From an uncultured Candidatus Saccharibacteria bacterium (lineage in GTDB: Bacteria > Patescibacteriota > Minisyncoccia > Phycocordibacterales > UBA9973): a stretch of 64,000 nt of DNA. The stretch is from the NCBI GenBank assembly GCA_964631935.1, contig CAZWAV010000001.1, positions 4,979 to 68,978 of the forward strand, written 5' to 3'. This document shows, in pieces, positions 9,601 to 19,047 of the stretch. Under the pieces are notes generated by a model that saw only the letters and a program-made list of their open reading frames with translations, was not told the DNA's origin and did no database searches. The number at the start of each line of letters is the position of its first letter. The first letter of the stretch is position 1. Made by a program: the position numbers and the translations under genes.

Positions 9601-12600
9601 ATGAAAATGAAAAAACTTCATCAGCATCTTTCGGATAATTTGTCCTGGTACAAGCATTGGCATGAGACAGGTTTTCATAAAATTATACATTACGGTATAT
9701 TAGGGTTCGCCATCTTGTTTACCGTCGGAACCATTCTGTCTGCTACTACTGCAAGCGCCGTTGGAACCATATACTATGTATCGGCCTCTGGTTCAGACTC
9801 AAATAATGGTACTTCTATTTCTACCCCATGGCAAACAATCGCAAAGGTAAATGCCACCACATTTGTCGCTGGTGATAAAATACTCTTTAATTCTGGTGAT
9901 ACATTTACTGGGACTATCATTCCCTCTGCATCAGGGACATCCACTAATCCTATTACATATGGTGCGTATGGAAGTGGGGCAAAGCCGGTGATTACGGGGT
10001 TTGTAAATGTTTCAGGTTGGACAAGTTTAGGAGGGAATAAATGGGAGAGTGCGGCTCTTTCATCTGCATTTCCAGATATAAATATTTTGTCAGTTAATGG
10101 TGGTAATTATGCAAAAGGCCGAACTCCTGATACTGGATATTGGCCATCAACGAGTGCTACATATACCAAGAGTTCTAATGTTGGTACCATCACCGATACT
10201 GCTAATTTAAATGCAAGTTCAATCAATTGGAAAGATGCACAGGTGGTATTTCGAAGTCAGCGATGGGTTCTCGACAAAGCAACAATTACTGCTGCAAGTA
10301 CTAATAAGATAACTTTTAATGGTGAACCATCAACCACTCCTGGTTGGGGATATTTTATTCAGAATGACCCAAGGACACTCAATCTTGTTAATGAATGGAG
10401 TTATAATCCGACATCAAAACAAATAACTATCTATAGTACTTCGACACCAACGAACGTGAAAGCTCCAGCTATTGATGTGGCAGTAAATCTTAATAGTAAA
10501 GATTATATAACATTTGACGGTATTGATTTTACTGGATTTAATTCAACTGGTATTAATACAACTTCCAAAACTGGGATTACTGTAACAAACTCCGCTTTTA
10601 ATTTTATCGGCATTGATGCTATTTATGCATATCCAAATTCTATTAATTTAAAAGTTACTAATAATACTTTTAATGAGATAAATAGCAGAGGTATTCATGG
10701 TGGCTCTTCTGATAATGCTTTTATTTCGAATAACACCTTAAACAAAATTGGAAATCTTGCTGGGATGGGAAGTAATGGTGATGACAGCTATACTGGTATT
10801 ATATCTATGGGTGATAATGGTATTGTGTCTTTTAATTCAATTACCAATGCTGGTTATGTCGGTATTCGTTGGGATGGAAAAAGTAGTCAGATATTAAAAA
10901 ACTTTGTTGATACTACCAATTATATAAAAGATGATGGAGGAGGTATCTATTCATACCCACAACAAGATGGTACTGCGTACACAACAAGGTATCACGGTTT
11001 TCAGAGAACTGTCGCGAACAACATTGTTATGAATTCAATTGGTGCTGTTGCTGGTGGTGAACCTTCTAGTTCATACAGTCAAGGTGAAGGAATTTATGCT
11101 GATGGATTGAGTCCAAATATTAATTTTACAAATAATACTATTTACAAAGCAAAACTCGGGTTATTTATTAATGGGGGCCATGAAATAACCGCTTCTGGAA
11201 ATACTGTTTATGATACAGAGAGAGGAATAAACTTCATGGCAATCCCTGATAAAAATGGAGTGCAACAGCGTGCCCACGACGTAAGCTTACAAAGCAACAT
11301 TCTTGTAGCCAGAGAATCTTCTTTATATACAGAGTATCCAATATATCTTGAGTTAAAGGCTCCAACTCTCGCAACATGGATGGATGGATTCCTCGCAAAT
11401 AATAATGTGTATGCACGTGTCAGACCAGCCAATGATCCAAAGCTAATATGGCTTGATGTGAGTGGTCCTGCCGATGTATTTAAGTCACTTTCAGAATGGA
11501 GGTTATTTTCAAGTCAAGACTCAAATGCAACTGAATCTCCAGTGGCGTTAACAACATCAACCAATTTACGCTTTGAATATAATGCGTCATCAGCTCCTAA
11601 AGTCGTCTCCCTTACTGAAAAATATGTCGATATGAAAAACGTCGACCAGACTTGCACACTCACTATCCCAGCATGGAGCTCTGTGGTGATGATTAAAACA
11701 GGAACGACTTGTACTTCTAATGGTGACCCAACCCCTCCCTCAACCTCCCTCACATCCCCAACAACAGGTACAACAGTCCTCGGTACCACACAACAAGTAG
11801 CAGCTAATGCTACAGATAATGTAGGTGTCACTAAAGTAGAGTTCTACATAGATGGTACAACTACATTACTAAACTGTACTCCAAACCCAGACACTACATC
11901 ACCATATCTATGTATCTGGAACACTACAACAGTCTCAAACGGTACTCACACAATTACATCTAAAGCCTATGATGCTGCTGGTAACTCAGCTATATCATCT
12001 GTTGTTAGTGTGAATGTGCAGAATGTAGTAACTGATACTACTGCTCCAGTCTTTACACCAACAGGAGCTCTATCGTCACCATCAGCAAACCTTTCAGTTC
12101 CTGTGGGAACATCATACGACATCACTGCTCACGCAACAGACAATGTAGGAATGGCAAAAGTTGAATTCTATAAAGATGGAGTTCTCATCAATACTCAAAC
12201 ATCAGGTCCTAACTCGGACTTCACTTACTCATGGAATACAATAGGTCTAACTGTAGGTTCTACTCACTCATGGACAGCAAAAGCGTACGATACAGCAAGT
12301 CCTGCTAATGTATCAACTACTACAGCTAGAGTGATTACTATTGGAGCTGGAGCAGATACTACACCTCCAACAGCATCTATTACCAATGCAGGAGGATACT
12401 ACAAAGGCGGTACCCGCATGACTCTCAAAGCTACATCCTCAGATAATGTCGGAGTTACGAAAACTGAATTTTATGTAAATGATGTTAAAAAATGCACAGA
12501 CACAACATCACCATATACATGCTCATGGTCTATGCCGTCATCAACAACTGTCACTTCATATGTAATCAAAGCTAAAGCATATGATGCAGCAGGGAATGTT

Positions 12601-13218
12601 GGAACCTCAGCAGATGTGAAGATGACAAATAGGAAGATAGCAGAATTATCTGTGTTAGCTGATGCGGGACCTAATCAAACAATCACACTACCAACTAATT
12701 CAGTAACTCTAACTGGTAGTTATTCAACAAACACGTTAACTACAACAACTACCTGGTCTAAAGTCTCAGGATCAGGTACTATCACTTCTCCTACATCTAC
12801 TACAACTACTGTTACAGGTCTTACTGCTGGAACATCTGTATTTCAGTTTACTGTTGATAATGGAGCTGGTTTTACTACCAGTGCTACTGTGACGGTGGTA
12901 GTGAATGTAGCGGTAAATACAGTTGTGTTCTCTTTTTCTGCTCCACAAGATCCTACAAAACTAGGACCACTTCCAAATGAAAATAGTGGTACCGTGACAA
13001 CAATACAGGTTAATGCGAGCGGTACAAATCCAATAACAAAAGTTGATTTCTATGTAGATGGTAATTTAGTAGGGACAGACAATACTTCAAATCCATTCGG
13101 AACTGTCTGGGATACCACTACTGTGTCTAATGGAGCCCACTTATTTACAGCTAAAGCTACTGATAACTTAGGTAATACGGGCACATCTGCTGCTATAAGT
13201 GTCACTATTAGTAACTAA
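9601..13218 (+). CDS. Large cell-surface protein: N-terminal membrane anchor, right-handed beta-helix (pectate-lyase-like) region, four or more Ig-like (Big) domains
   Basis: N-terminal TM segment. NxxGxxxG-type parallel beta-helix repeats span 10,500-11,200. Repeated ...VTKVEFYIDGT / VAKVEFYKDGV / VTKTEFYVNDV / ITKVDFYVDGN Ig-like modules follow. An extended -10 (TGTATAAT) lies at 9565-9572. Start placed at ATG 9601. Confidence 0.6.
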   Translation: MKMKKLHQHLSDNLSWYKHWHETGFHKIIHYGILGFAILFTVGTILSATTASAVGTIYYVSASGSDSNNGTSISTPWQTIAKVNATTFVAGDKILFNSGDTFTGTIIPSASGTSTNPITYGAYGSGAKPVITGFVNVSGWTSLGGNKWESAALSSAFPDINILSVNGGNYAKGRTPDTGYWPSTSATYTKSSNVGTITDTANLNASSINWKDAQVVFRSQRWVLDKATITAASTNKITFNGEPSTTPGWGYFIQNDPRTLNLVNEWSYNPTSKQITIYSTSTPTNVKAPAIDVAVNLNSKDYITFDGIDFTGFNSTGINTTSKTGITVTNSAFNFIGIDAIYAYPNSINLKVTNNTFNEINSRGIHGGSSDNAFISNNTLNKIGNLAGMGSNGDDSYTGIISMGDNGIVSFNSITNAGYVGIRWDGKSSQILKNFVDTTNYIKDDGGGIYSYPQQDGTAYTTRYHGFQRTVANNIVMNSIGAVAGGEPSSSYSQGEGIYADGLSPNINFTNNTIYKAKLGLFINGGHEITASGNTVYDTERGINFMAIPDKNGVQQRAHDVSLQSNILVARESSLYTEYPIYLELKAPTLATWMDGFLANNNVYARVRPANDPKLIWLDVSGPADVFKSLSEWRLFSSQDSNATESPVALTTSTNLRFEYNASSAPKVVSLTEKYVDMKNVDQTCTLTIPAWSSVVMIKTGTTCTSNGDPTPPSTSLTSPTTGTTVLGTTQQVAANATDNVGVTKVEFYIDGTTTLLNCTPNPDTTSPYLCIWNTTTVSNGTHTITSKAYDAAGNSAISSVVSVNVQNVVTDTTAPVFTPTGALSSPSANLSVPVGTSYDITAHATDNVGMAKVEFYKDGVLINTQTSGPNSDFTYSWNTIGLTVGSTHSWTAKAYDTASPANVSTTTARVITIGAGADTTPPTASITNAGGYYKGGTRMTLKATSSDNVGVTKTEFYVNDVKKCTDTTSPYTCSWSMPSSTTVTSYVIKAKAYDAAGNVGTSADVKMTNRKIAELSVLADAGPNQTITLPTNSVTLTGSYSTNTLTTTTTWSKVSGSGTITSPTSTTTTVTGLTAGTSVFQFTVDNGAGFTTSATVTVVVNVAVNTVVFSFSAPQDPTKLGPLPNENSGTVTTIQVNASGTNPITKVDFYVDGNLVGTDNTSNPFGTVWDTTTVSNGAHLFTAKATDNLGNTGTSAAISVTISN

Positions 13219-13236
13219 ATAAAAGTCTTTAAATAA

Positions 13237-13272
13237 GGCATAAAAAGCACCCTTAAGGGTGCTTTTTATGCC
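13237..13272 (+). terminator. Rho-independent terminator (16-bp stem)
   Basis: GGCATAAAAAGCACCC-TTAA-GGGTGCTTTTTATGCC. Confidence 0.85.
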
Positions 13273-13297
13273 TATAATAAAGGGTAATATATGCCTA

Positions 13298-13326
13298 TTG
13301 ACAAAATGACTTATATGGTATATAAT
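13298..13326 (+). promoter_or_regulatory. Perfect consensus sigma70 promoter TTGACA-17-TATAAT
   Basis: TTGACA at 13298-13303 and TATAAT at 13321-13326. Lies ~140 nt upstream of the lipoprotein gene. Confidence 0.55.
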
Positions 13327-13466
13327 ACCCAGAGTAATAGTTCATTGACAGGTTTCTTGTTTTTAGTAAAAAATTTATATGACAACTCCCGCTTTATTTA
13401 TAAAAAGTTGGTGTCGTCATATAAATTTTTAAAATTTTTCTAAAACTAAAAACAAAACAAAACAAA

Positions 13467-14132
13467 ATGAAAAAGTTAACAAACCTCATGGCGGTAATAG
13501 CCATAATCGTATCTTCATCAATTTTCACTTCATGCAAAAAAGCAAGTGCAGAAATCGATGAAACACCGGCAGATTTTAACAGTACTAAAACAGCGGTTCA
13601 AAAAGCCAATGACACAAAGACTGAATTACCTGCAAAATACGAAAACTACCTGGATCAAAACATGACAAATGTAAATGCTGGCCAGAACAAATGCAACATC
13701 CCAGCTCCCGTACAATGGGGCCAGGGCGGTGAAATTACAGCCTGGTTGCAATCAAGCCTGACAATCAATGCGAATTCTTACTACAGTTACTTTCCTCAGC
13801 CAATGGTAAATATACCTGCCTTAGGTAAATTCCAGGTTAAGTATTGTAAAAATGGTGTTTGGAAGGTTGCCAAAACGACTAAAGTAATTTGGCCAGGATC
13901 TGACTTATATGACTTCGGTAGTATGACCATAACAGGCTTAACCATAGATTATGGAACACAGTTCTACATGGAAAGCTGGGGATTGAGCATCTGTCTCAAT
14001 ACAAGTCATATAGCAGAAACTTTCGGACCATACTATGCTGGCAATACAGCTATCACAGAAAAATGGATCGGAACACATGCTGTTGATGGATCGTTGTTGG
14101 ATAAACAGGGTAAGCAAATAAATATGCAATAA
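13467..14132 (+). CDS. Lipoprotein (lipobox ...IFTSC), unknown function
   Basis: Signal peptide ending in a lipobox Cys. Gene body is visibly GC-richer, with more G/C third positions than its neighbours. Isolated by strong terminators on both sides. Confidence 0.5.
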   Translation: MKKLTNLMAVIAIIVSSSIFTSCKKASAEIDETPADFNSTKTAVQKANDTKTELPAKYENYLDQNMTNVNAGQNKCNIPAPVQWGQGGEITAWLQSSLTINANSYYSYFPQPMVNIPALGKFQVKYCKNGVWKVAKTTKVIWPGSDLYDFGSMTITGLTIDYGTQFYMESWGLSICLNTSHIAETFGPYYAGNTAITEKWIGTHAVDGSLLDKQGKQINMQ

Positions 14133-14182
14133 TGAAACCGGAGCTGTTCTAACCTTTTCATTGAAACCACACCTAATTAAAA

Positions 14183-14221
14183 TAAAAACTGTACGAGAGT
14201 AAATCTTGTACAGTTTTTTTA
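14183..14221. terminator. Bidirectional terminator
   Basis: ACTGTACGAG / CTTGTACAGT stem flanked by an A-run and a T-run, between convergent genes. Confidence 0.75.
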
Positions 14222-14238
14222 TTTTATATTACTTACTT

Positions 14239-14883
14239 TTAAGTAGAGAAAGCACCTATTAAAGCGGCGGTTACGTTTAGTATTGTGTGGCTTATGCCCA
14301 TCCAGAGAAAATTACGATAATGGTAATAGATGAAAGCAAAGCCCAGTCCACCAATAAAACATATTAGGATGAATTGCCAACTAAACATACAGTGCATTGT
14401 CGTAAAGCACATAGTATTGGCGATAATTACGTCACGCTCTGACTTTAAGTACTTATTTAGAAATTTAATTAGAAATGTCCTATAACTTAAAACTTGAGCA
14501 AAACACAATGGAATGACAAAAAGGCGAAAGCTCAATTTATCAAGGATACCCACATCTGTCTTTAAGTTAAAAAAACCTTTTGCAATCAGAAGGAATGCTA
14601 TCCCTGCCAAAGTAAAAGTAGCATACACTACTATAGTCTCTAAGTCTGTATTTTTTCTCTCATAATTCCAATCAAAGCCTTTTTTATTTAGCCATCCTTC
14701 TTTGGCCATAAATAGCACACACAGAGATGTGCATACTGATAAAACAATAAGATTTGTATCAGGACTATGGGGGATAGTGCGTGTCCAGACAGCCAGTGGT
14801 GCTAAATAAAATATGATGATTAGAAAAGATACGTCAAACAGCATCTGGCCGTTTAGATCTCGGGTTAGTATTTTATTTTTCAT
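14239..14883 (-). CDS. Polytopic membrane protein, possible CPBP-family intramembrane protease
   Basis: Multiple TM helices. C-terminal FTTMH ... HTILN pattern (FxxxH and HxxxN motifs) is present, but motif 1 (EExxxR) is not clear. Confidence 0.35.
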   Translation of the reverse strand: MKNKILTRDLNGQMLFDVSFLIIIFYLAPLAVWTRTIPHSPDTNLIVLSVCTSLCVLFMAKEGWLNKKGFDWNYERKNTDLETIVVYATFTLAGIAFLLIAKGFFNLKTDVGILDKLSFRLFVIPLCFAQVLSYRTFLIKFLNKYLKSERDVIIANTMCFTTMHCMFSWQFILICFIGGLGFAFIYYHYRNFLWMGISHTILNVTAALIGAFST

Positions 14884-15015
14884 ATAGGGGTTGTTTGAGG
14901 TGGACACAAAAGACTTTCTAAATCTTCTCTGTTCACCCCACAATCCAATTTAAAAGAGCAATGTACTAGGTTACATTATAATATATATACTATTCCGTCA
15001 ATGAGATTATACCTA

Positions 15016-15318
15016 TTATTTTACTAACAGATTTTTTCCGTATACAGACATTGCGTCTAAGACTTTCTCTAACTTTGCGCCCTTTTTTGTAATAGAATAA
15101 TAAAGATTATTTTTCTCAATAATATTTTCACTCTCTAGATGTTTGATTTTATTTGTCAGTGTTCTTGTGCTGATGCCCTCTAATGATCTCTCGAGATCAG
15201 AGAATCTCATTTCATTTTTTAATAAGTCGCGGATTATAAGCATAGTCCATGGGTCAGACAATAGGCTAGCTACTTGAGCAATAGGGCAGTCCATATGGTT
15301 CTTCTTGTTCATAGACAA
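15016..15318 (-). CDS. HxlR-family winged-helix transcriptional regulator
   Basis: CPIAQVASLLSDPWTMLIIRDL...FSDLERSL..ISTRTLTNKIKHLE matches the HxlR HTH. Confidence 0.8.
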   Translation of the reverse strand: MSMNKKNHMDCPIAQVASLLSDPWTMLIIRDLLKNEMRFSDLERSLEGISTRTLTNKIKHLESENIIEKNNLYYSITKKGAKLEKVLDAMSVYGKNLLVK

Positions 15319-15341
15319 AGATTATCATATGTGCTTTAACA

Positions 15342-15357
15342 TGTAAAGTACTTTACA
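15342..15357. promoter_or_regulatory. Perfect 16-bp palindrome TGTAAAGTACTTTACA (plus an extra GTAAAGT direct repeat) in the hxlR / yceI divergent region: candidate HxlR operator
   Basis: Read directly from sequence. Sits between divergent genes 15016-15318(-) and 15412-15942(+). Confidence 0.5.
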
Positions 15358-15411
15358 AAGTAAAGTAAATAGTTTAGAATGAAAATATTATAAAATAACA
15401 ATAAGAATTAT

Positions 15412-15942
15412 ATGATTAAATGGAATATAGATAACGCTCACTCAGAGATAGGCTTTAAGGTAAAGCACCTTGTTATATCTACTGTCCGTGGCAAGTTTAC
15501 GGCTTTTGAAGGGTCTATTACAGGAGAAGATGAAGATCTTACAAAGTCTAATATTACTTTTTCTGCTGACACAGAAAGCATAAATACAAATAACGAGATG
15601 AGAGATAATCACTTAAGGTCTGCTGAATTTTTCGATACAGCAAAATTCCCAAAATTATCTTTTAAATCTAAAAGTATATCGAAAAAGAATGACACAGAGT
15701 TTACTGTAATAGGAGATCTAACTATGCGCGGAGTAACCAAGGAGATAACTTTGAATGCTGTCTTTAATGGTGCTACTATTGACCACTACGGTGGACATGT
15801 TAAGAGTTTTGATATTATAGGGAACCTTAGTCGTGAAGCTTTTGGCTTGACCTGGAATGCTACACTTGAGACTGGTGGATTTGCCGTTTCGGATGAAGTA
15901 AAGTTAGATATTATTGCTGAATTTAAAGAAGCAAAAGAGTAG
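15412..15942 (+). CDS. YceI-like periplasmic/polyisoprenoid-binding family protein
   Basis: N-terminal WNIDNAHSEIGFKVKHLVISTVRGKF is the YceI family signature. Confidence 0.8.
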   Translation: MIKWNIDNAHSEIGFKVKHLVISTVRGKFTAFEGSITGEDEDLTKSNITFSADTESINTNNEMRDNHLRSAEFFDTAKFPKLSFKSKSISKKNDTEFTVIGDLTMRGVTKEITLNAVFNGATIDHYGGHVKSFDIIGNLSREAFGLTWNATLETGGFAVSDEVKLDIIAEFKEAKE

Positions 15943-15947
15943 TAAAT

Positions 15948-15976
15948 TAAAACACCCCTTATGGGGTGTTTTAATT
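15948..15976 (+). terminator. Rho-independent terminator
   Basis: AAACACCCC-TTAT-GGGGTGTTT hairpin followed by a T-run. Confidence 0.8.
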
Positions 15977-16011
15977 TAGATATAATCTAGAGATTTTGCT
16001 AAAATAATCTT

Positions 16012-16263
16012 ATGACACAAAAAGTAGTATCTGACGGTACAATACATAAATTACCGGCTGATCTCAAAGAAGCTATTGTCTCTAACGATAAGGTGCTAGC
16101 CTTGTGGGAAGATATCACACCTCTTGCACGCAATGAGTGGATTTGCTGGGTTATCTCTGGCAAAAAATCCGAGACGAGGGATATTCGCATAAAGAAAGCT
16201 ATTTCAAAAATGAAAGGGGAAATGCGCCGACCATGTTGCTGGGCAGGGTGTACCCACCGCTAA
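16012..16263 (+). CDS. YdeI/OmpD-associated family small protein
   Basis: Pattern ...LPADLKEAIVSNDKVLALWEDITPLARNEWICWV...KKAISKMK is typical of YdeI/DUF1801-like proteins. Confidence 0.55.
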   Translation: MTQKVVSDGTIHKLPADLKEAIVSNDKVLALWEDITPLARNEWICWVISGKKSETRDIRIKKAISKMKGEMRRPCCWAGCTHR

Positions 16264-16273
16264 TGGCATAAAT

Positions 16274-16306
16274 AAAAAACCGAACCATCTAGTGATTCGG
16301 GTTTAT
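16274..16306. terminator. Terminator hairpin (imperfect)
   Basis: AAACCGAA ... TTCGGGTTT with flanking A and T runs. Confidence 0.6.
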
Positions 16307-16325
16307 AAATATTATATAATCTTGT

Positions 16326-16697
16326 TTAGTTGAAAATTTCCTTAGAAAATTTATCTAAGCAATAAGGTTTCTGACAATAACGCATATCATCCGGGAAACC
16401 CATTTCCTTTAATTTTTCCTGATACACTACTGTATGCAAAATAATTTCTGTTTTTGATGTATCGATAATTTCGCTAATTTTGTTGAATAGTTTAAGGCCT
16501 GCTCCATCGATACGATCAAACTTAACCAAAGGTTCAAAAATTATTTTTAATATACATTGCTCTTGTAATAGGCGAATAATATCTTTCTTGTTTGTTTCGA
16601 TAAAAACTTCTACATCGCTATGTTCCAATTCTAATAATTCTTTAAAATTATCTTGATAATTTTCATCGTGATCAATAATTAAAATTTTCTTCTCCAT
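16326..16697 (-). CDS. Stand-alone receiver (CheY-like) domain protein
   Basis: KILIIDHDE at the N-terminus, a central D in ...FDRIDGAG, and a conserved KP near the C-terminus. Confidence 0.4.
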   Translation of the reverse strand: MEKKILIIDHDENYQDNFKELLELEHSDVEVFIETNKKDIIRLLQEQCILKIIFEPLVKFDRIDGAGLKLFNKISEIIDTSKTEIILHTVVYQEKLKEMGFPDDMRYCQKPYCLDKFSKEIFN

Positions 16698-16822
16698 ATT
16701 TCCTGTTTTTTTGGTTTAGCATAAAAGACTTTTAAATAAATCTTCTTTGCTAAACCAAAAACCTATATAAAATAACTAATGTTACAAGCATGATAACATA
16801 TTACACGGTTTTGTCAAAATTA

Positions 16823-16851
16823 CCCCGAACTTAGTAGGATATTCGAATGAG
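16823..16851 (-). repeat. Cassette repeat copy A (partial: tRNA-Asn-3'-like module only)
   Basis: CCCCGAACTTAGTAGGATATTCGAATGAG matches the distal module of copies C, D and E. Confidence 0.6.
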
Positions 16852-16873
16852 TATAATATTAACTAACAAATAG

Positions 16874-17602
16874 TTACTTTATAGTTTTTACCGAGTTAAT
16901 TAAAATTTCTTTATTATTTCTGACATAATTAAAACTGGCTTTACCTTGGATGTGTCCATCTTCATAAGTCATTGTTCCAGTTTTCATTGATGGGTTTACG
17001 TTTACTAAAGTTACATACCATGAACCACCTAAAACAGGTTTTTCTGGCGCAATAGTTTTAATATTGTCTCTGATATATTTTTCAACGACAATTTTATCAT
17101 CAAGTGCCTCACAATCTGTTTGTGACATTTGAAATCCAGGTGTGATCTTGGTGGCATCTTTATATACATATACTCCATCTCCTTTGTCTATCATTTCACC
17201 AAACAAAGCGACAGCACTACCTTCCCCAAATTCAATTTTCAATTGCTCTGTTACGTGCATTCCTTCTCCCAGTGACTCCCACAAAACATCTGCAATACGA
17301 CCACTAATCTTGGGATCCATTTTACCAACTGTTCCGTTAAATTTCCCAATCTTGCTATCCTTTTCGGCTGGAAGATTTTGATATTCGCCAATTACTTTAT
17401 CACCTAAAATACTCATTTTAAGCCATGCACGGTCAGTAAGGCCACTTGAAGTTTCTTTAGAGTATTGATAACACATATCAGTAGTTTCTGTTTTTGAAGG
17501 GTTTTGGGCTACTTCTTCTTGCTCTTTATTCCTTGAAAGAAAAACAAAGATCAAGATTATAACAACAATAGAGATAACTATGTAAGTTAATATTTTTTTC
17601 AT
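16874..17602 (-). CDS. Cassette gene 1: membrane-anchored extracytoplasmic protein, unknown function
   Basis: N-terminal TM anchor followed by a soluble domain. Flanked by repeat copies A and B. Confidence 0.5.
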   Translation of the reverse strand: MKKILTYIVISIVVIILIFVFLSRNKEQEEVAQNPSKTETTDMCYQYSKETSSGLTDRAWLKMSILGDKVIGEYQNLPAEKDSKIGKFNGTVGKMDPKISGRIADVLWESLGEGMHVTEQLKIEFGEGSAVALFGEMIDKGDGVYVYKDATKITPGFQMSQTDCEALDDKIVVEKYIRDNIKTIAPEKPVLGGSWYVTLVNVNPSMKTGTMTYEDGHIQGKASFNYVRNNKEILINSVKTIK

Positions 17603-17614
17603 ATATAAACTATA

Positions 17615-17708
17615 TCATTAGTCTTGAACTTATACTAAGGCAACAAAAATAACCACTATAAAATAAGCTTCAAAAAAGTGTCTAGAACTTTGGATAATGT
17701 TCTAATGG
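17615..17708 (-). repeat. Cassette repeat copy B (degenerate full-length)
   Basis: TCATTAGTCTTGAACTTATACTAAGGCAACAAAAATAACC ... GTCTAGAACTTTGGATAATGTTCTAATGG is collinear with the other copies. Confidence 0.55.
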
Positions 17709-17726
17709 CAATAATATTTTGACTAA

Positions 17727-18107
17727 TTAAAATTCAACTATTGGTTTGAATCCTCCGCACACGAAACGCTTCATATCGACTGGCATTGTAGAAGAGTCGA
17801 AATCTTTTATACTTGGATCACTCATTACTTTTTTGTTCACTTGATCTCTGTGTGCACGAGATTTATATACGATCCAGGAGAAAACAACAGTCTCATCAGC
17901 CTTAAGATTTGCAAGCTTAATAAATCCTTTCTGTGGCATTCCTTTCTTTACCCTTAGATCATCTCCTATGCATTCAAAATATTCTAACGCGCCATTTTTC
18001 TTCCACATCTTAGCTCCCCATTCTGCCATCTTCTTGTAAGCGGCTAAATCTTTCTTTTTTATAGGTATCACAAAACCATCAACATATTTTTTACTTTTTG
18101 TATTCAT
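17727..18107 (-). CDS. Cassette gene 2: DUF1428 family protein
   Basis: YVDGFVIPIKKKDLAAYKKMAEWGAKMWKKNGALEYFECIGDD matches the DUF1428 N-terminus. Confidence 0.6.
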   Translation of the reverse strand: MNTKSKKYVDGFVIPIKKKDLAAYKKMAEWGAKMWKKNGALEYFECIGDDLRVKKGMPQKGFIKLANLKADETVVFSWIVYKSRAHRDQVNKKVMSDPSIKDFDSSTMPVDMKRFVCGGFKPIVEF

Positions 18108-18147
18108 TTTATTTTGATAAAATTAATAATAACACCTGCTAATTTTA

Positions 18148-18238
18148 TCATAGGTTCGAAGTTCCTAAAATGGTAACAAAAAAATCATCATATTTCTAAG
18201 TTGATTTTTATATGCTCCGAACTTGGGATGATGTTCGG
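18148..18238 (-). repeat. Cassette repeat copy C (full)
   Basis: TCATAGGTTCGAAGTTCC...GGTAACAAAAAAATCATC-loop-GTTGATTTTT...GCTCCGAACTTGGGATGATGTTCGG. Confidence 0.75.
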
Positions 18239-18244
18239 CAGAAT

Positions 18245-18937
18245 CTAAGGTAGACATTGCTGGTAGATTGCAAAAATATCAGTTCCCAATATATCAAAAT
18301 AAGCTGTGTAACCAAATTCTGCGGTTGAATTATCTACTTGTGGTTGAATCTTAGATATAAAATCTGATGTATTTTGCAGGCTAGGACCTACACTGCTGCC
18401 ATTAGCATTCTGAATTCCACAATCATAAACTCTAGTGTTGTTAACCACTTTTAAATTCCTTATTTTAGGATTATTATTAATGAAAAATCCTCCTGTACTA
18501 TCAACACCAGGGATCCATTCTTTATTAAGAGTTAAAATATCAACTGCAAATATCCACTTATTATCCTCTCTTTTTATTGATTTTATTGCGCCTGGCTGTT
18601 TAATAAAACTTTCTTTATCAAATGACACTACAAAACCAGCGTCATTTTTTTTCGCCCACTCACTTATATTTGTACCATCAGCAAATTGAGCATCTTCAAA
18701 CCTTGATGTAGTATCAATACCAGCATCTTCAATTGCTTTAAGTTCTTCTTGGGACAGTTGGTCAGGTAATAATTTTTTTTCTTTAGAAGTAGAGTCTTGT
18801 ACTTGTGATAATTCTACTTTAGTTCCCAAGATCATATTAACCACTTTAGGCACCCACATTTTTTGAGTCGCTAATAAACCTAAACCTATAACAATTAAAA
18901 CAAGAAGAAAAATTCTAATAAATTTTATCAAATTCAT
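18245..18937 (-). CDS. Cassette gene 3: membrane-anchored secreted protein, unknown function
   Basis: N-terminal TM anchor followed by an extracytoplasmic domain. Confidence 0.5.
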   Translation of the reverse strand: MNLIKFIRIFLLVLIVIGLGLLATQKMWVPKVVNMILGTKVELSQVQDSTSKEKKLLPDQLSQEELKAIEDAGIDTTSRFEDAQFADGTNISEWAKKNDAGFVVSFDKESFIKQPGAIKSIKREDNKWIFAVDILTLNKEWIPGVDSTGGFFINNNPKIRNLKVVNNTRVYDCGIQNANGSSVGPSLQNTSDFISKIQPQVDNSTAEFGYTAYFDILGTDIFAIYQQCLP

Positions 18938-18949
18938 ATATAAATAATA

Positions 18950-19037
18950 TCATAGGTTCGAACTTCTACTAAGGTAACAAAAAATCACCTTATTTTTAAA
19001 GTGATTTTCTAGTGCTCCGAACCTGGGACGATGTTCA
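18950..19037 (-). repeat. Cassette repeat copy D (full)
   Basis: Collinear with copies C, E and G. Hairpin AAAATCAC / GTGATTTT. Confidence 0.75.
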
Positions 19038-19047
19038 AATTTATTTA

